DNA of 62,000 nt from Chiloscyllium plagiosum (lineage: Eukaryota), in the NCBI RefSeq assembly GCF_004010195.1, contig NC_057719.1, positions 68,382,567 through 68,444,566 on the forward strand, given 5' to 3'. A model generated the notes under the pieces. The model saw only the letters and a program-made list of their open reading frames with translations, searched no databases and was not told the DNA's origin. Position numbers and translations under genes: made by a program. Shown here one piece after another: positions 35,813-50,403 of this stretch (within the stretch, counting starts at the first letter, position 1; every line of letters begins with the position of its first letter).

Positions 35813-38733
35813 GTGTGATGGGCTTCCCAGGAAATTCCTTCCATATATCCTAGAAAGGCCTCTGCAAAGCTGATTGAATGGATCGGTTATCTTTTCCTAG
35901 TTTGTCATTTCCTGTCTGTTTTCTATGAAATAACTCCACAGAGGCCGATATCCCATCACCATGTCACTCTCTATTTACACGTGGACAGTCCTTGACACTG
36001 ATCCAACTCCCTCAGAACCAGCTCTCAGAGTGAGCAGGATGTCTGACATTCCTGTTCTTCTCTGTCAGCCAGGGCTCCAAGATTGGACCAGATTAACAGC
36101 TGCAATCAGGGAACTCCTACACTATGAGGTCAACCTGGCTGACCTTGTTACAATTGCTACAGTCTACACTCTTATAAGTGAACATTAACACTTTGTATTA
36201 AACAGCACAGAAGGTTTGCCTTCTACAAGAGAAAGTGAGGAGGGACATTTTGAACTCTCCAGACTCAGGCTCCAATTCTATGAAACCTGATGACAATATG
36301 ATGTAGGCCCTTACAGTCCTGCTCTGTAACTGTTCTTGAAGTAGATTACTTCCTCCTAGAGGGACAAATGAAGCAGACAACTGATAACACTACACCCTGC
36401 AAGTTCCCTTCCAAACCACTCATCATGCTGACTATTAATTAATATTTAACATCATATCTCCTCCCAAGTTCTGTTAATATTGAACCATAAATACTTAACT
36501 ATTTACTCCCACATCCCCAATTCCCCTCCACAAATTTCTTTTGTTTGAGGTGTTATTCTTCAACTGCATTCTCAGCTCCATTGGAAAGTGTATGTGCTGT
36601 TATTGTTGTCTGGGTAGGTGAGTGCACAGCAGTAACAAGAATCAGTTTAAGAAAAGCTTTTATTGGCAAATGATGCCAATGTTTATTGACTTGATCTCAA
36701 TGCAACAATTCAATAGGCTGGTAGCAAATAGGAACTTTTAAAGCAGAATGGATGGTGCAGATTTTAGACACCCAAATAATTTCCCTATTTCCCCCATGTT
36801 TAGAGGTATGATATATAAAGTTCACAATAACATTACTACAAATTGCAATACTCTCGAGAGTGAGGGAAAAGAATGCAGACCTTGCTGATGAAAATTAAAC
36901 AATGGGGTAAGTTTGGGGGCCAGCAGGGAAGGGTAATGATAAACGTAGAGTTTTATACTGAAATTTAAAAGTTCAAAACTCAAGAACATATGAAATTGTG
37001 ATCTTTCACTCTTCACAAACGTTTTGTGATAGGATTCATTGCCACCAAAGAGCCACTGTTTATTTACAATTCCTTTTTTGTTGGATTTTATATACTGCTC
37101 TTCCCCATCCTTATTTGATTGATGGTACAGTCCTAACAGGATTTCCCCTTCTGTAAATTAATCCTTTCACTTTTGTTGTTTTTGTGTTTAAGGCATACAT
37201 TGATATAAATAAATGAAAGATGATCATCTCCCAAAATCACTCAGAACATTCTACAAAATAAACAAGCAGTACAAAATTACAAATGTAAAGTTTCAAGTTA
37301 CATTTGAACGCCCAATTACAGCTTTCAAACTCTAACAGTTACAATTAGTCACTTCTTGGAAATGTAAGTGTTGAGGGAAAAAGAGAAAAGTTTCTGACTT
37401 AACATAAAGCGAAGTATACTGAGCGGAGTAAGCAGCCAATTCCAAGTTGGAAATTTGTAAGAGTTGTCCAATTTGCCCAATCTAGTTTATTATATAAATT
37501 ACAGGTCACTAAATCTTTGGCCTAGATTCTCTTTTATACATTTTTCTTGTTATTTGAATTGCTGTTACTTTAAAACAAAAGATACAACTCTTTCAGTCTT
37601 CAAAATCCATTCTTGAAATTCTGGATTTTGAACTTCACTTTCCCCTACCATTAACCCATCTCTGTTCTGAACTCATCCAATTCTGCCTGATTGCAAAGGT
37701 TAGTCTTGCACAGTAAAGTCATGATATTCTCTCAGTCCGGTCTCCACAAATGGAATCATCACATTGTCTTGTTGTATCCTGGTGGCAATCAGTGTTCGGA
37801 TGCACATGTGGAAAACCTTCCATCAAGTTTTCCCGATCTATCAAGTATGCACAATGGAGTAAATTGGCAAAGTCTTCCTGTGGTTCTTCCAGCAGACTCA
37901 CAAGTCCCTTTCTCCCCTCATTCATAGAAATAGTTTCTTGTTTAGCTGTTTTAATTTTCCAGCCTTTAAAGGTTAGGGAAGATTATTTCTTGATTGGCCT
38001 AATGAATTAGCCCGATGACAGAGCAGCCATTTTACATTATTTTATTTTAATGTAAATATTATCTTTAATCAACCTGTTCATACAAGTTATGGCATACCGC
38101 GACAATAAGCAGGACTTAAACACAGACATTTTGACTCAGAGACAGGGAGACTACCACTGTGCTGCAAGACCCTTATATTTTACAGTATGACAGCTTGCAT
38201 TTTTGCAACAATCAACAAAGTAGTTTAGAAATGGAGAATTCACTGGCAGCAAGTGCTGTAGGAGCAACAACAATATCCTTAAAGATGACAGTATATGGTG
38301 GTGAGATAGGATAGTGGCAATGAGGGAATAGTCCCTGAACACAGCTTCAAGTAACAAACAATAAGCAACACTATTATTTGATTTGTATGCATTTTGGGAA
38401 GGCTATGCTTGAGGCATTTGTTTCAGTCACAAGGAGTTTACTTTGGACCTGGGTTATTTTTGTGGCTGGGCTTTACCTACACTAATTTGCAATGATAAAC
38501 CATCCTCTCTATGGATGAATCACCAGTCAGGGAGCAACTTCTGGCAAAACACCTGATTTGTACCAGCATCTTAAAACGAGAGGTACAAATGTCAGAAATG
38601 AAAGAAATGGCGAATTGTAGGAAGTAGACAGTTGTAAGAAATAGTAGCTTTTTGCAGGACCCAAAGCAGAAAGGTAATTAAGCCACATAAGCCATATCAA
38701 TTGGCATAAAATTTGTAACTAGCAACCAGCTTT

Positions 38734-39302
38734 TCAAAAGTGTGGCACTGGAAAAGCACAGCAAGTCAGGCAGCATCCGAGGAGCAGGAGAATCAATGCT
38801 TCCAGCTTAAGCCCTTCATTGGGAATGTTGGGAGTTGGGAAAGGGGGCTGAAAGTTAAATAGGAAGGTAGGGCTGGGGGAAAGTTGCTGGGAAGGTGATA
38901 GCTAAATGCAGATATGGGTGATAGTGATAGGTTGGAGGGGAGGATGGTGCAGATAGGTGGAAAGGAAGATGGACAGGTAGGGCAGGTCAAGAGGGCAATG
39001 ACAAGTTGGACAGTTGGATCTGGGATGAGGTGGGGCCACTCCCCTCCAACCTATGACTATCACTCCCATATGCGTCTACCTATCACTTCCCATCTACCTT
39101 CCGCTCACCCCCTCCATGCTATTTATCTCTCAACCCCCTCATACCCTAACCCTCCCCCCCATTCCTGATGAAGAGCTTATTGCCTGAAACGTCGACCCTC
39201 CTGATCCTCTGATACTGCCTGACTTGCTGTGCTTTTCCAGTGCCGCACGTTTCAACTCTGATTTCTCCAGCATCTGCAGTCCTCATTTTTCTCAGTCGTG
39301 GT
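38734..39302. mobile_element. Longer PLE-derived palindrome (family A) including part of the 3' UTR
   Basis: Inverted arms (purine-rich left, pyrimidine-rich right); HHR CTGATGA 39165-71 ... GAAACGTC 39186-93; possible TSD aa(c/t)cagcttt at 38724-33 and 39303-12. Confidence 0.85.
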
Positions 39303-42300
39303 AATCAGCTTTCCCTGTCTCTAGCTCAACATCTCAAAATGACCTGCACATAGCATCTACCACTTGGGTTTATTGGAGAAAAGCGAAACTGATAATAATG
39401 TGCTGAACAGAGTTCAAAGTAACTATGAGAGCTCTAATTACTTTATTTGATCTTGATTAACATTCATTCATGGGGATATTGTCTGTTTCTGCCATTGAGA
39501 TTAAGGTCTGAATATTGAAGAAGGAAACAGCCAAGTAATTGTTTAGCTACTTCTGTCTTCATAGTACCTCACTTTATTGAGAAATGAGTTAATATAGACA
39601 CATGAATCATGGCATACTTTACACCAGTTTGAGAGGTTAAATTGTTTACACAAGCTGGCAATGCACCCTATTAGTTTTTGTTGATTTGGTATCTTTGGTC
39701 ATGATTTTCAAATTGCATTCATTTTCTTCAGCACATAAAAAATAAGTAAATATATTACAGGGGTTGCAGCTGAAAAAAATTGTTTCGCCCAGAAACTGAT
39801 TAGTGTAACCCTGTTCTGAACCTTTATCCCAACATGCTGTTAAAATATGTTAAAAAAAGCTCTTTAAGCCTGAGTGTGCTGTGCATGTGCCTGAATGTTT
39901 CAAAGCTCCAATAATGTTTTCCATATTTTAATATATATAAATGCAATATTGTCAAAGTATTTTACTAAATGTATTTCCAGAAGAACATTCAGAATTGAAG
40001 AATTGTAAAATAAGCAGGTAACATTCCAAAGTGCACTACGTGTGACATTGTAAACTCATTCTTTACAAAGGTGTTTACAATTTTACACACACCACATGCA
40101 GGGATTTTAGCCCTGAGGATCACTGTTAAACTAAAACTCTGGGATACGTTTTAACTTGCCACCCAGATGTAAAACTAATGTTGCAGATTAGGTGTCGATT
40201 ACAGAAACTCCCCAGTTTTCATTTCTATTGACTTCATATCAGTTTAATGCCCAAATGGCAATTTGAGAACCTACCTTCCTCTTTTAGTAATTTGACATAA
40301 TTATGAAATGACATAAATTGTTTTAACTGTCAGAATTCTTACAGTTTAGAAGTTTATTTTTGCATTTATTTGCCTGCAGACAAGTAGCAGGCATAGAATT
40401 TAGATATGCTATTTTATTAAGTGTATAAAATATTCTTTAAAAAGCCTGATTTCCTAATTAGATTGATCTGCTGGGAGCTAGAGATGAAATTTTAATCTGT
40501 TTTTTTATGAACATTGAAAAGGACACATCAGATCTCCCCTTCTCTGCCTCTAATTGAACAGGAAAGGTTGCAGGAGTCAAGGCAAAATAACAAGGCCACA
40601 AACTTAATGTGTTTAAGTTGCTTCTTTTCTCCATGCTTTGTAAATAATTTATGTTATCAGCTCGTCTACAAACCAATCTGTGGCTGGGCATTCCTTTGGG
40701 TCTCAATACTATCTTCCCTTTCGTTGGTGTGCAGTTTGTTTCAACAAATATCTATTGTTAATAACTTGAGGTACTTTGCAGAATGTTGCATTGCAGATTA
40801 TGAAATAATATTTTAAAGTGATTTAATGCCTTTCATTCATTCAAAAGATGCATCCAATTACTTAGATTTCCTGTTTTACTGTGCTTCGTTCTGAATCACA
40901 CTGTATGTGATGACGTTCCAAACAATGAAAAAGTTCTAAATATCTTGGGTGCATTGAAGCATGTATGCATTTTAAATTAATGTACATAGAAGCATTTTAA
41001 ATTTAAATACATTTTTATAATTACATCGTCAATGGGAATTTCATTGTCACCGATTTTAAAAATTGGTGTCATTATAATTTTAGCGCAGCAGGCAGAAAAT
41101 CCTCCACAGGGGCAAATTTCTTTTCTACAAGTCATGTCTTTAGGTCTGTCCCAAAACCACAAATCGTATGCTATGTGACAGTGGCTAGGTCCCTAGCAAT
41201 CTGCTGAATTAAAATTCAGCTGTCTGTAAGTGAGATTAATCACTTCTCTGCCTTGGCTTATTCGTATGCACTGAATGAGGTGCCAGAGAGACTATGGTAT
41301 TTGGTTACATGTGGAATGATTTGTAATTCTGAGTAATCACTTAGGACAAGCCCTTACACCATTTTATCTATACATGACTGTAGGCCAAAGTCAATACTCA
41401 TAGTAAAATAATGAGATGAGGCTAACTGAACCCTTTTATTAATGCTCAAAGGAATAAATATGATGCGGCACTTTTCCCATTGAAAGTATCCTCTTCTTCT
41501 TCCAAATGGGTTAGGAGGTCAGTGTTGCAGGGTCGCAGTTAAGGTACCCATTTCAGCAGGGAAATGTGCTGCATTCAGTGTTCAACAATCATACTCACAC
41601 AGCAAGAACGTTAGCAATTTGAACCTAATGTACTGACAGGATTGGGAGGAACCTGGTTTCACTTTATGCTGAAGTGAAGAGAGAGTAATATCGGGTGTAA
41701 AACCTGCGTTCTTTCCAATCTTGTGAGTTTCCTGCCTGGACATTTGATTCAAATTGCCAATTACAGCAGCAAAACTGATATTTTGCCAAATAAGGACTCT
41801 TATTTTTCATCCTTTACCTGTGGAATGACAAATGAGTCAGTTATTTTGCAAGGGTCAGACAAGGAAGAATTTCTTTGGTTTTTCTTTGTTTTTTTGCCCT
41901 ATCGCATTACATCTGAAACTCAATGCATTTTACCAGGAGCACATTTTCTTCAGTGGTCTGGCAGTGCTCCAAGAGTTCCTCCAGTCCCAACAGCTGTGCA
42001 GAAACACATGGCGCTGAACTCCATTTTTCATAATTGGAGAAAATTTTAATAAATAATTATTTTTAAATTGCTACATCATCATAATTTGCTGCATGGGAAA
42101 ACTATACTATGCGTTCAGAGTAATATCAATTATTTCAATCATTTCCTCATGTGTATTGAGTGTAGAATTGAACCAAGTGCAGCCTTTTGAAAGTACTCAT
42201 TACAATATTGCAAGCGCTTTTTAAACAGCCACATTCTTAGTCTCAAAGTTGAAGCAAGTTGTGGAATATTTAGAAATGAAATGGTTATTCCTGCATAAAT

Positions 42301-43304
42301 TGGATTAGGGTTAATAAATATAAGTATTGTGAAAACTATAATTACATCCACAGCCGATGTTAATACCCTGCACAATTCTTTGTGACAAGACACTTGTGTT
42401 AAAAATTAGAAATAATAACATTGAGTAGCTTTAGTGATTCCTGTAAAATAGAAAAAACTTCAATTCTATTTAATCAAAGATGAGACCAATGCTGAAAACA
42501 AAATGGTTGGCCAACTTAACAAAAGAAAACCATTTGATGAGACAAATCTGTGGCACAAAGACACATGAAATTTCCTCGTCTAAAGATGTATTTATTGCAC
42601 AGAAAGACTTGCATTATTGTAGCATAACTCAGGATCTGAGGAAATCTCAAAGTGCCTTAGGTATAATTAATAATTTTTCTTCATAGCTCTGATTTGTGAT
42701 TTATTGCTGTTCAACTTGGCTAAGATGGAGGTCATTTCTAGCAATATCTTTTAATGATGATTTTGAGTTATGCAATTTTAAAAGAATTCTTAGTTAGCTA
42801 TGTGTATTTCACAACAAAATTGTCACTTCGCTTGTAGTTACCCTCAAACAACCTCAAACAATAATGCAGCATTTACTTTAATGGATCCAGAAGAGGCTAC
42901 AATACATTATCTCATTATCTCAGGTGTTTACCTTTCAAATAATTGCCTGTGGCAAGTCAAATGAAAGTCAAAAGAAAAGAACACAATTGAATCAATAATG
43001 TACAAAATTATCTTTTAAGGATGAATGCTGCTATCTTCCTCTATACTATACCACCATATCTTAAAATTGACAACACTTTATTCATGCAGTGTTCAAAATG
43101 AAAATGTTATCTTTTCTTATTTTAATTAACTAGTTTATAGTATTCAGGATAGGAGATGTCACAGGTTTTCTTTCACCGAACCTGAGACCTCAGAGAAGAT
43201 TTCTGGATTGGAAATCTAGTGAATTATGCTCAGCAAGTTAATTTGCTCAAGAGACCCATGACATTTTTAAATTTAAGTAAAGGCCATTTGAAAGTAATAG
43301 AGGT

Positions 43305-44018
43305 CATAAGGACAGCAGATGCATGGGAAACTGCATCCTCCAAGTCTCCCACCATACTGACTTGGAACTGTATAACTGTTGGTTCAATGCTGCTGGGTCA
43401 ACATTCGGGAATTTCCTCCTTAATATCCCTGTGGATGTACCTACACTGTATGGAACACAATGGTTTTAAAAGGAAGATCACTGCCAACTAGGAATGGGAC
43501 ATGAGCATTGTTGACTGGGTCATCATTTATTGCCAATCCCTGGTACCCCTTGAGAGGGTGGTGATGAGCTGCCTTCTTGAACCAATGCAGTCCATGTGCT
43601 TTAGGTAGAGCCACAATGCCATTAGCTGGGAGTTCCAGGATTTTGACCAAGTGATGCTGATGGCATGCCGATATTTTTTCAAGACTGGACGGTGACTGGC
43701 TTGGAAGGGAGCTGGCAGCTGGTGGTGTTCCATTGTAACTTCTGCACTTGTCCTTCTGGGTGGTTGTGATTGTAGGCTTTAAAGGTGCTGTCTAAGAATC
43801 TTCAGTAACGTACATGTAGTGCATCTTGTAGATAGTGCACACTGCTGCTACTGAATATTAATGCTGGAGAGAACAAATGTTTGTGGATGTGGTGCCAATC
43901 CAGTAAGCTGCTTTGTCCTGCATGGTGTCAAGCTTGTTGAGAGTTGTTGGAGCTGCACGGATCCAGGCAATTGACAAGTATTCTATCACATTTGTGACAT
44001 GTGCCTTGCAGATGGTGA
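43305..44018. mobile_element. Two tail-to-tail LINE 3' fragments of the second family (+ 43305-43497, - 43498-44018)
   Basis: The two parts are mutually reverse-complementary and homologous to 34640-35095. Confidence 0.7.
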
Positions 44019-44019
44019 G

Positions 44020-44160
44020 CAGTGTTCTGAGGAAAGGTCACTGGACCCGAAACGATAACTTTGATTTTTCTTCCCAGATGCTGCCAGACCTACTAAGCTT
44101 TTCCAGAAACCTCTGTTTTTGTTTCTGATTTACAGCATCTGCAGCACTTCTGTTTTTTTT
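44020..44160 (+). mobile_element. Single-arm PLE mini-element (family B) starting at the HHR
   Basis: gtt-CTGAGGA-aaggtcactggaccc-GAAAC-gat-aac followed by the tail. Confidence 0.85.
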
Positions 44161-44677
44161 ATGGCTTTGGGAAGTGCTGAGAGAATAATTTAAGATCTTG
44201 AAGGAGTAAGACTAGGTTCTTCCTCAAGTCTTAGTAACAATACCTTTCACATGACTGTAACTTGACATTGTTGCCATCATGCAATTATTTAAAACAAATG
44301 TCTTTTCATCTTAGATTTCCAAGTGGTTTTCCTCTACCTCACTAGAACAAATAGGGTCTGTATATCCATACCAAGAAAAAGGATGGGAGCAACAAATCTA
44401 CCAGAGAACTCATTCAAAATGGTGAACATAGGTGAGAATCTGTCAGATAAAACTTATGATTTGGTTGTAATTTTAAAATTGTATTATTAATAGTAAAATT
44501 ATGGAGCACTACATTATTTCAATAATTCAATATTTGAAGATCTCAAATGATCTGGGTTGTTGCCACTCATTATAGTTTATTAGTTTGTATTATCATCTTA
44601 TTAAATGTTTGTGTCAGCAATTTGATTATACCCTCATTCTGTAATCTGTTTGCAACATTTCTGTTATCCATCTTGAG

Positions 44678-44812
44678 ACTTCTGAAGAAGGGCTACTGGA
44701 CCTGAAACATTAACTCTTTCTCTCCACAGATGCTGCCAGACATGCTGAGTTTCACCAGCAATATCTGTTTTTTGTTTCTGATTTCCAGCATCCGCAGTTC
44801 ATTGTTTTTATT
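44678..44812 (+). mobile_element. Single-arm PLE mini-element (family B-like) starting at the HHR
   Basis: CTGAAGA 44682-88 ... ggacctgaaacattaac followed by the tail. Confidence 0.85.
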
Positions 44813-44918
44813 GTTAAGTGTACAACTTAAGTATCTAGCACCATGATTTCATCTCTTTTAATCAGCAATTGCCAAAGGCCACTGTCCAACTCATTATTCA
44901 ATGCAAACCAACTGCATG

Positions 44919-45137
44919 CAGGTAGTTCTTCCATAGTGCGGTGGTTGTGGTCTTGTGTGACCCTGTACTATATTTTAAAAATCACGCAATAAAAATGGCA
45001 CTTAAAGGGTTGACAATGAAATCACGTTATCGCCAATATACATTTTTAAAGTCTGCACTTTAAAAACAGCGTCCCCTAATTGTCAATCGCGTTATAGCCA
45101 ATTCACAATGACAAAACGCTTTTTACAGCAGAAGTTG
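44919..45137. mobile_element. Tigger/pogo-like MITE
   Basis: Reverse-orientation homolog of 50189-50403. Confidence 0.7.
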
Positions 45138-45149
45138 TAGTTGTGATTT

Positions 45150-46700
45150 TATAGCAGCAGAAAAAGCTGACAGAATATTAATGTTCATCAGTCAAAATAT
45201 TTAAGCCAATGTAAGCCTTTCAACAAGCCATCCTGGACTACCCCAAATGTCACACCTTCAGAAGCACTGGTAGAAAGTGAATGCGAATACAAAGCAATAC
45301 TAATGGAGGGACAGAGAAAACAAGCTATGCATAATTTATCCACCATTGTTACATTAGCCAATAAAGGTAAACTTAATAAACAATTTGGATACTTGTCTCA
45401 TAGATGCACTCAGAAACTGCCTAGCTTTTATTACTGTATGCAAAGCATGTGACACCAGAGAGCATTGGAAGTACCAAAATGAAAAGCAAAGGCAGAAACA
45501 ATTTGTTCAATATTGTGGGATACCTCAGCCAAAGGACAGACAAGCACAGCAACCCATGAATAGTGAATATGAGCATAAAGATACAATCCACAAAATGTTT
45601 AGCCAAGTTACAAGATCAAATGATGAGGATGACCAGATCAGTGACAAAGACCTAACAGTGAATATCAAGGAACATGTTGACACAGTGGTACAAGCAGAAG
45701 CCATTGCCATCATTCAGATTATATGCTCACACTTGAAGGGTCAGTGTAATCTAGGTCCAATACTAGGCAGGTATAAACATTCCTCTACTTCATACACTGC
45801 ATTTATCTATCCAAAGAAGTGGCAAGTGATGATTTGCCCAAACAACAGTATTTTGCTGTGAACAATAACTTCAAGCATCCATCCCTTGGATTCATTATCT
45901 CAGTGCCACCACAAAAACTTACACTAATCACCTCAGACATTTTACATTATGACAGCAATGATAGCTGGTCTAACAACCTATTCTTGGTCAACTTCCATGG
46001 TACAATCAAGAGAATGTTGAGGACCATAAGTAGTACCAACAAAAACCAATGTTTTTTGTAGGAGAAGACCATCTAACTTTGCAATGCAAATCATCAGCTA
46101 GTAGTCTCAATAGTACATTTGAGTACTCGTTCTGAACCTGCAAAGTTCATCTGCATAGTGAAACTAATGTGGCGTTACTATTTGGCAAACAAGTGCAGCA
46201 AACTTCTGTCATCTTGCATACTTTCAGGAATAATTGATGCATTACTCAAACATCAAGGGAAGATGAAATATACACGTGAGCAATACACAGGCAATAAATT
46301 ATTTCATTTTAACATTGGATATAAAGCTTGAGTATAACACTCAGCAGGATCTAGCAGAAATTGTCATTGTCCAGCCTCAGCTAAGATCATATGAGGAATA
46401 AATGACACAGCAGTGCAATGATACAGCTGCCAAATCAGGACGATGCCAACCAAACACACCATGTAGTCCTATTGCGATTAAAATGTTGTTTAAGACTTTA
46501 TACAAACAAAGATGTGTTAATGCTGGGCAAATGTGAAGTTCAAAATCCAACACAAAGTATCTCCAACTCAGCATTCTGAGAATGGACAATAGACTCCAGA
46601 AAGTTTCATCGTAACTAATTGTGAACAGCTAAAGCAAACTGTCAATATATTTCAGAAACTTGTAAATTTATGGTCATTGTAAACTGTTTGATTCTTGAAG
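45150..46700 (+). pseudogene. Decayed Gypsy gag/pol relic
   Basis: RNCLAFITVCKACDTREHW resembles the Gypsy gag CPAxGxxCxxCxxxxHW knuckle; ILRMDN at ~46573 resembles the integrase SDN motif. Confidence 0.55.
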
Positions 46701-46782
46701 GTATCTGTTCAATCAGGAAAAAGAAAAGTGGATGTTGTGGAACAAGCTGCTAGAGGAACTTGTTTACAACACTTAAACACAA

Positions 46783-47050
46783 AAACATAGAAGATAGGAG
46801 CAGGAGGAGGCCACTCGGTCCTTCAAGCTTGCTCCACCATTCATCACAATTATGGCTGATCGTCTGACTCAATAGCTTAATCCTGCTTTCTCCTCATAAC
46901 ATTTGATCCCATTTGCCCCATTTAAAAGGCATCTGGATAGGTATATGAATAGGAAGGGTTTAGATATGGGCCAAATGCTGGCAAATGGGCTAGTTTAAGA
47001 TATCTGGATGTATTGGACTGAAGGGTCTGTTTCCATGCTGTATAACTTTG
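46783..47050. mobile_element. Two head-to-head CR1 3' fragments (- 46783-46920, + 46921-47050)
   Basis: Both match CR1 tails seen elsewhere in the window. Confidence 0.75.
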
Positions 47051-48937
47051 CATAACTGTTGTGTTGTAGTGCTATATACATTGAAACATGTTTTAAACTA
47101 TTATCAATCATCAACACTTCAATACAGAATCTGATTTATGAATGCCATTGACTAGTACGCAGTCAATAAGCAATAGTCAAGCTCAGACAGGTGCCTCATA
47201 GCCATCCAGTGAACATTTTCTGTATCTTATCTTCAAATAAAGAGCTCACATTATTGTTTCTCTGATTATTGTGTATAATTGGTGTATTTATATTGAAGAG
47301 AAGAAGACAGTGATACTTTCCGTAGACTCATGGTGGCAGCTTGCTTTCAGGCCTGGCTGACAGCCTTGGCTGGCTCCCAGGTATGATCAAGTTTGTTAGT
47401 TGTCAGAATCTTTGAATCTGCCCTCCTGTTTGCTGGGTCTGCAATGTGTTTTGAATAGGTTTCAATACACAAACTAATCAAAACAGGAATGCTGTCTCTT
47501 TACAGAACACCTCATCGTAGACACTGTAGAATTAAACTTCTATTGACATTACCTGCACTGATATCATTGTTCAGTTCACACACAGCTCCTGGTGATTCCT
47601 TCTATAGTACATTTTTAAATGACAAATAGATTCGCAATCCAGAAGGCCACTTCTCATTCCAGCACCTTAACAAACACTTAGCATAAATCAAAATAATTAT
47701 AGTTCTTATCCAAATTAGTTTTGTGTAATATTATTCCAGTGAGTGTGACTAGGATTTGGATGCTAAATTCTGGTTAGATTTCAAATGAAATTTTCTGGTC
47801 ATGCAGTTGTAGATGAGTTCTGGGAGTTATACAACAATTGTGTCACATAGGTCTAACCAGCCTATTGGCTGGTATGAAACATTGTTACAGTTATAGGAAG
47901 AGCATTCATCTCATGGCCTCTCAGACTCTTGAAACAGTTCAAAGATACTTACATTTCAACACACATGCTATTCATATCTTGAAGCCATGAAAATAACAAC
48001 GCTTAAACTAATCCATAAAGATTTACAGTTACTTTACCTGTGCTAGGGAGTCAGTTATGTCATCATTTGAACTTGCACGAAGTGTATTAACACAGGCACA
48101 ATGCCTATACAGCTTACTGGATCATTTTACCTTTCCCAAAAGAGCTTGGATAATAGCTTCACCTTTCACTGCTGGTGATTACAAAAGATGTAGATACTAG
48201 TTTCAAACAAGCCACAGTTGATGCTTCACAAAATGAATATCAAAAGTGCTTTGACATTATCCCTGCAGTGGTAAGGTTTACAGTATACAATAAATCCATA
48301 TTGGCTGTTAGATTGAGTGTGGCACACACTGGCTATTTGATACCGATATGGGATCCAACAACACTTCCTTCTGGTGTAAAGTTGCAAATATAAGCATGGC
48401 ATTTGTGTCCTCCATGGGGCCAATTAGATCAGTGAAAGGATAAATGAAGAGCAGCATAACGTTCCTAAGTGTGTTAAAAAAGGAGATACAAACATGCAAC
48501 AATTTTGTATGAAGTAAGTTTCTCAAGGGTAAGCCATGTGAATTGCCCTTAGTAAAATGGAGTTTTGCAATTGATAGTGGTTTGTAATATCTGGTCATTA
48601 TGTTGATAAAAAACGGCAATTACAGTACAGTGCTTTCATCTCTTTGACAATGCCTGACAAGGAATTTATATGATGCATGATGACTGCTGCTGGCAAAATC
48701 AATCTGCAATAGCTTCATGATAGCTGAATAATAACTTAGCGAAAGCTTAACAATATTCAGTTGGGTATAGGTGCAATAAAATTACTGTGGTATATCATCA
48801 ATAATACTTGTATTTTGAACTGACACAATTCGAATTCGCTCAGTAGTATTTTGTACAATAACGTCATGTGTGATTTTTCATTCAGATAGTTTTAAATGCA
48901 TGTTGAAGAATTTGCAGCACTTTTTCAGTGGCCAGAC

Positions 48938-49170
48938 TTTTTACACAGAGAGTTGTGGTAATCTGAAATTTGTTCCTATAAATGATAATGGACTCTGGGG
49001 CCATCAAGATGTTCATGACTGAGATCAGTGTATTTTGGTTGTGTCAGAGGATCAAGGATGTATTGAAAAGGTGCATGTATGGAGTTCAGTTAGAGATCAG
49101 CCATAATCTGATTGAATGGCAAATGCCTCTCAAGGGGCTGAATGGCCTGCTCCTATTCCAATGTGTTTCA
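48938..49170 (+). mobile_element. Old CR1 3' end
   Basis: ttttacacagagagttgtgg...gatcagccataatctgattgaatggc...ggctgaatggcctgctcct. Confidence 0.75.
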
Positions 49171-50188
49171 AGATGAAACATTTGGGGACAAGTGTAACCC
49201 TTCTCTGCATTAGGCACAATCATCAAAATAGACATACAAGCACCCCTGATTAACAACAGTTGTACTCATCTGAATTTAAGGCAACAGTGGAAAAATGTTT
49301 AAATTGATATCTCACTAAGCCAAAGGCATTGCACAATCTCTTAAGATTCATTTTTAAATATATTAGCTCAGAAAGTGAAAATATTTATTATAGACATTTG
49401 ATTGCAAAATATATCATTCCTTTCCTTGTTTTGTTTGTACATTTTTCTTCACCATTGCATCAAAATTTAAAACCCAGTGCCTGTGTCATTCTCCAGAGTG
49501 AAGGGGCAGAGAATGCTCAACCTAAATTTTATTGATGGAACATTTCTCTGATTTTTATACAAAATATTTCCTTTAATCTTCTCCATTTGATCTTTTGATG
49601 CTTCTCTGCACTGCATGAAAGTCTTCCCTTCAGAATGCAGTCAAGTAATCTGTTTTCAAACCACTTTCTAATAGCTCAGGCAACCTTCCGCCAATCTTCT
49701 GATGTTCAATGTAGTCAAGCATCTGAACCCTGATTTTCTCTCCAGACTTAGAAAACATGTATCAGCACTATACTGCCAATCCTGCTCTGAAGGTGTACGG
49801 GAAAGTGGACAAAGTCTAGATTTTTCCATAAGTGACATGTTCATTCGTTGTGGTGTGGGTTGGATGGCCAATCACGGACAGCAGGGGTGGAATGGAGTTG
49901 GATCTGAATGAGTGTAGACCTAATTTAAACAGGCCACTGTTGTGATTCCAACTATGTTACCGCATGACAAGTCAGATTCCAGAATAAAATCTGGCTTAAT
50001 AGACATACAATTTTTGTTTTGGTTTATTTGATTTGGTCTTTCACTGAAGCACGCAAGTCTGCAAATTTACTTTTAGCAATAAAACAGAAGTTTATTACAC
50101 AAAAGAAATTTTAAAAAGACCATCCCAAGCCAGCTAAATATAATAATTTGAAGATTTCAAAACCCATGGCAAAACAAAGTCCCATCTA

Positions 50189-50403
50189 CAGGTCGTTCTG
50201 CTATAATACGTGTTTCATTAACACGATTAGCTACAACGTGATTGACGAATTGGTGACACTGTTTCTAAAGTACAAACTTTTAAAACGTTTGTCAGCTGCA
50301 ATGTAATTACATTTCCAACTCTTTAAGTGCTGTTTCTGAAGCATAAGTTTTCCATAACACGGGGTTGCAAAAGAATGCAACCATTGCATTATCAAACTAC
50401 TTG
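50189..50403. mobile_element. Tigger/pogo-like MITE
   Basis: TA-caggtcgttctgctataa ... attatcaaactacttg-TA; same family as 44919-45137. Confidence 0.75.
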
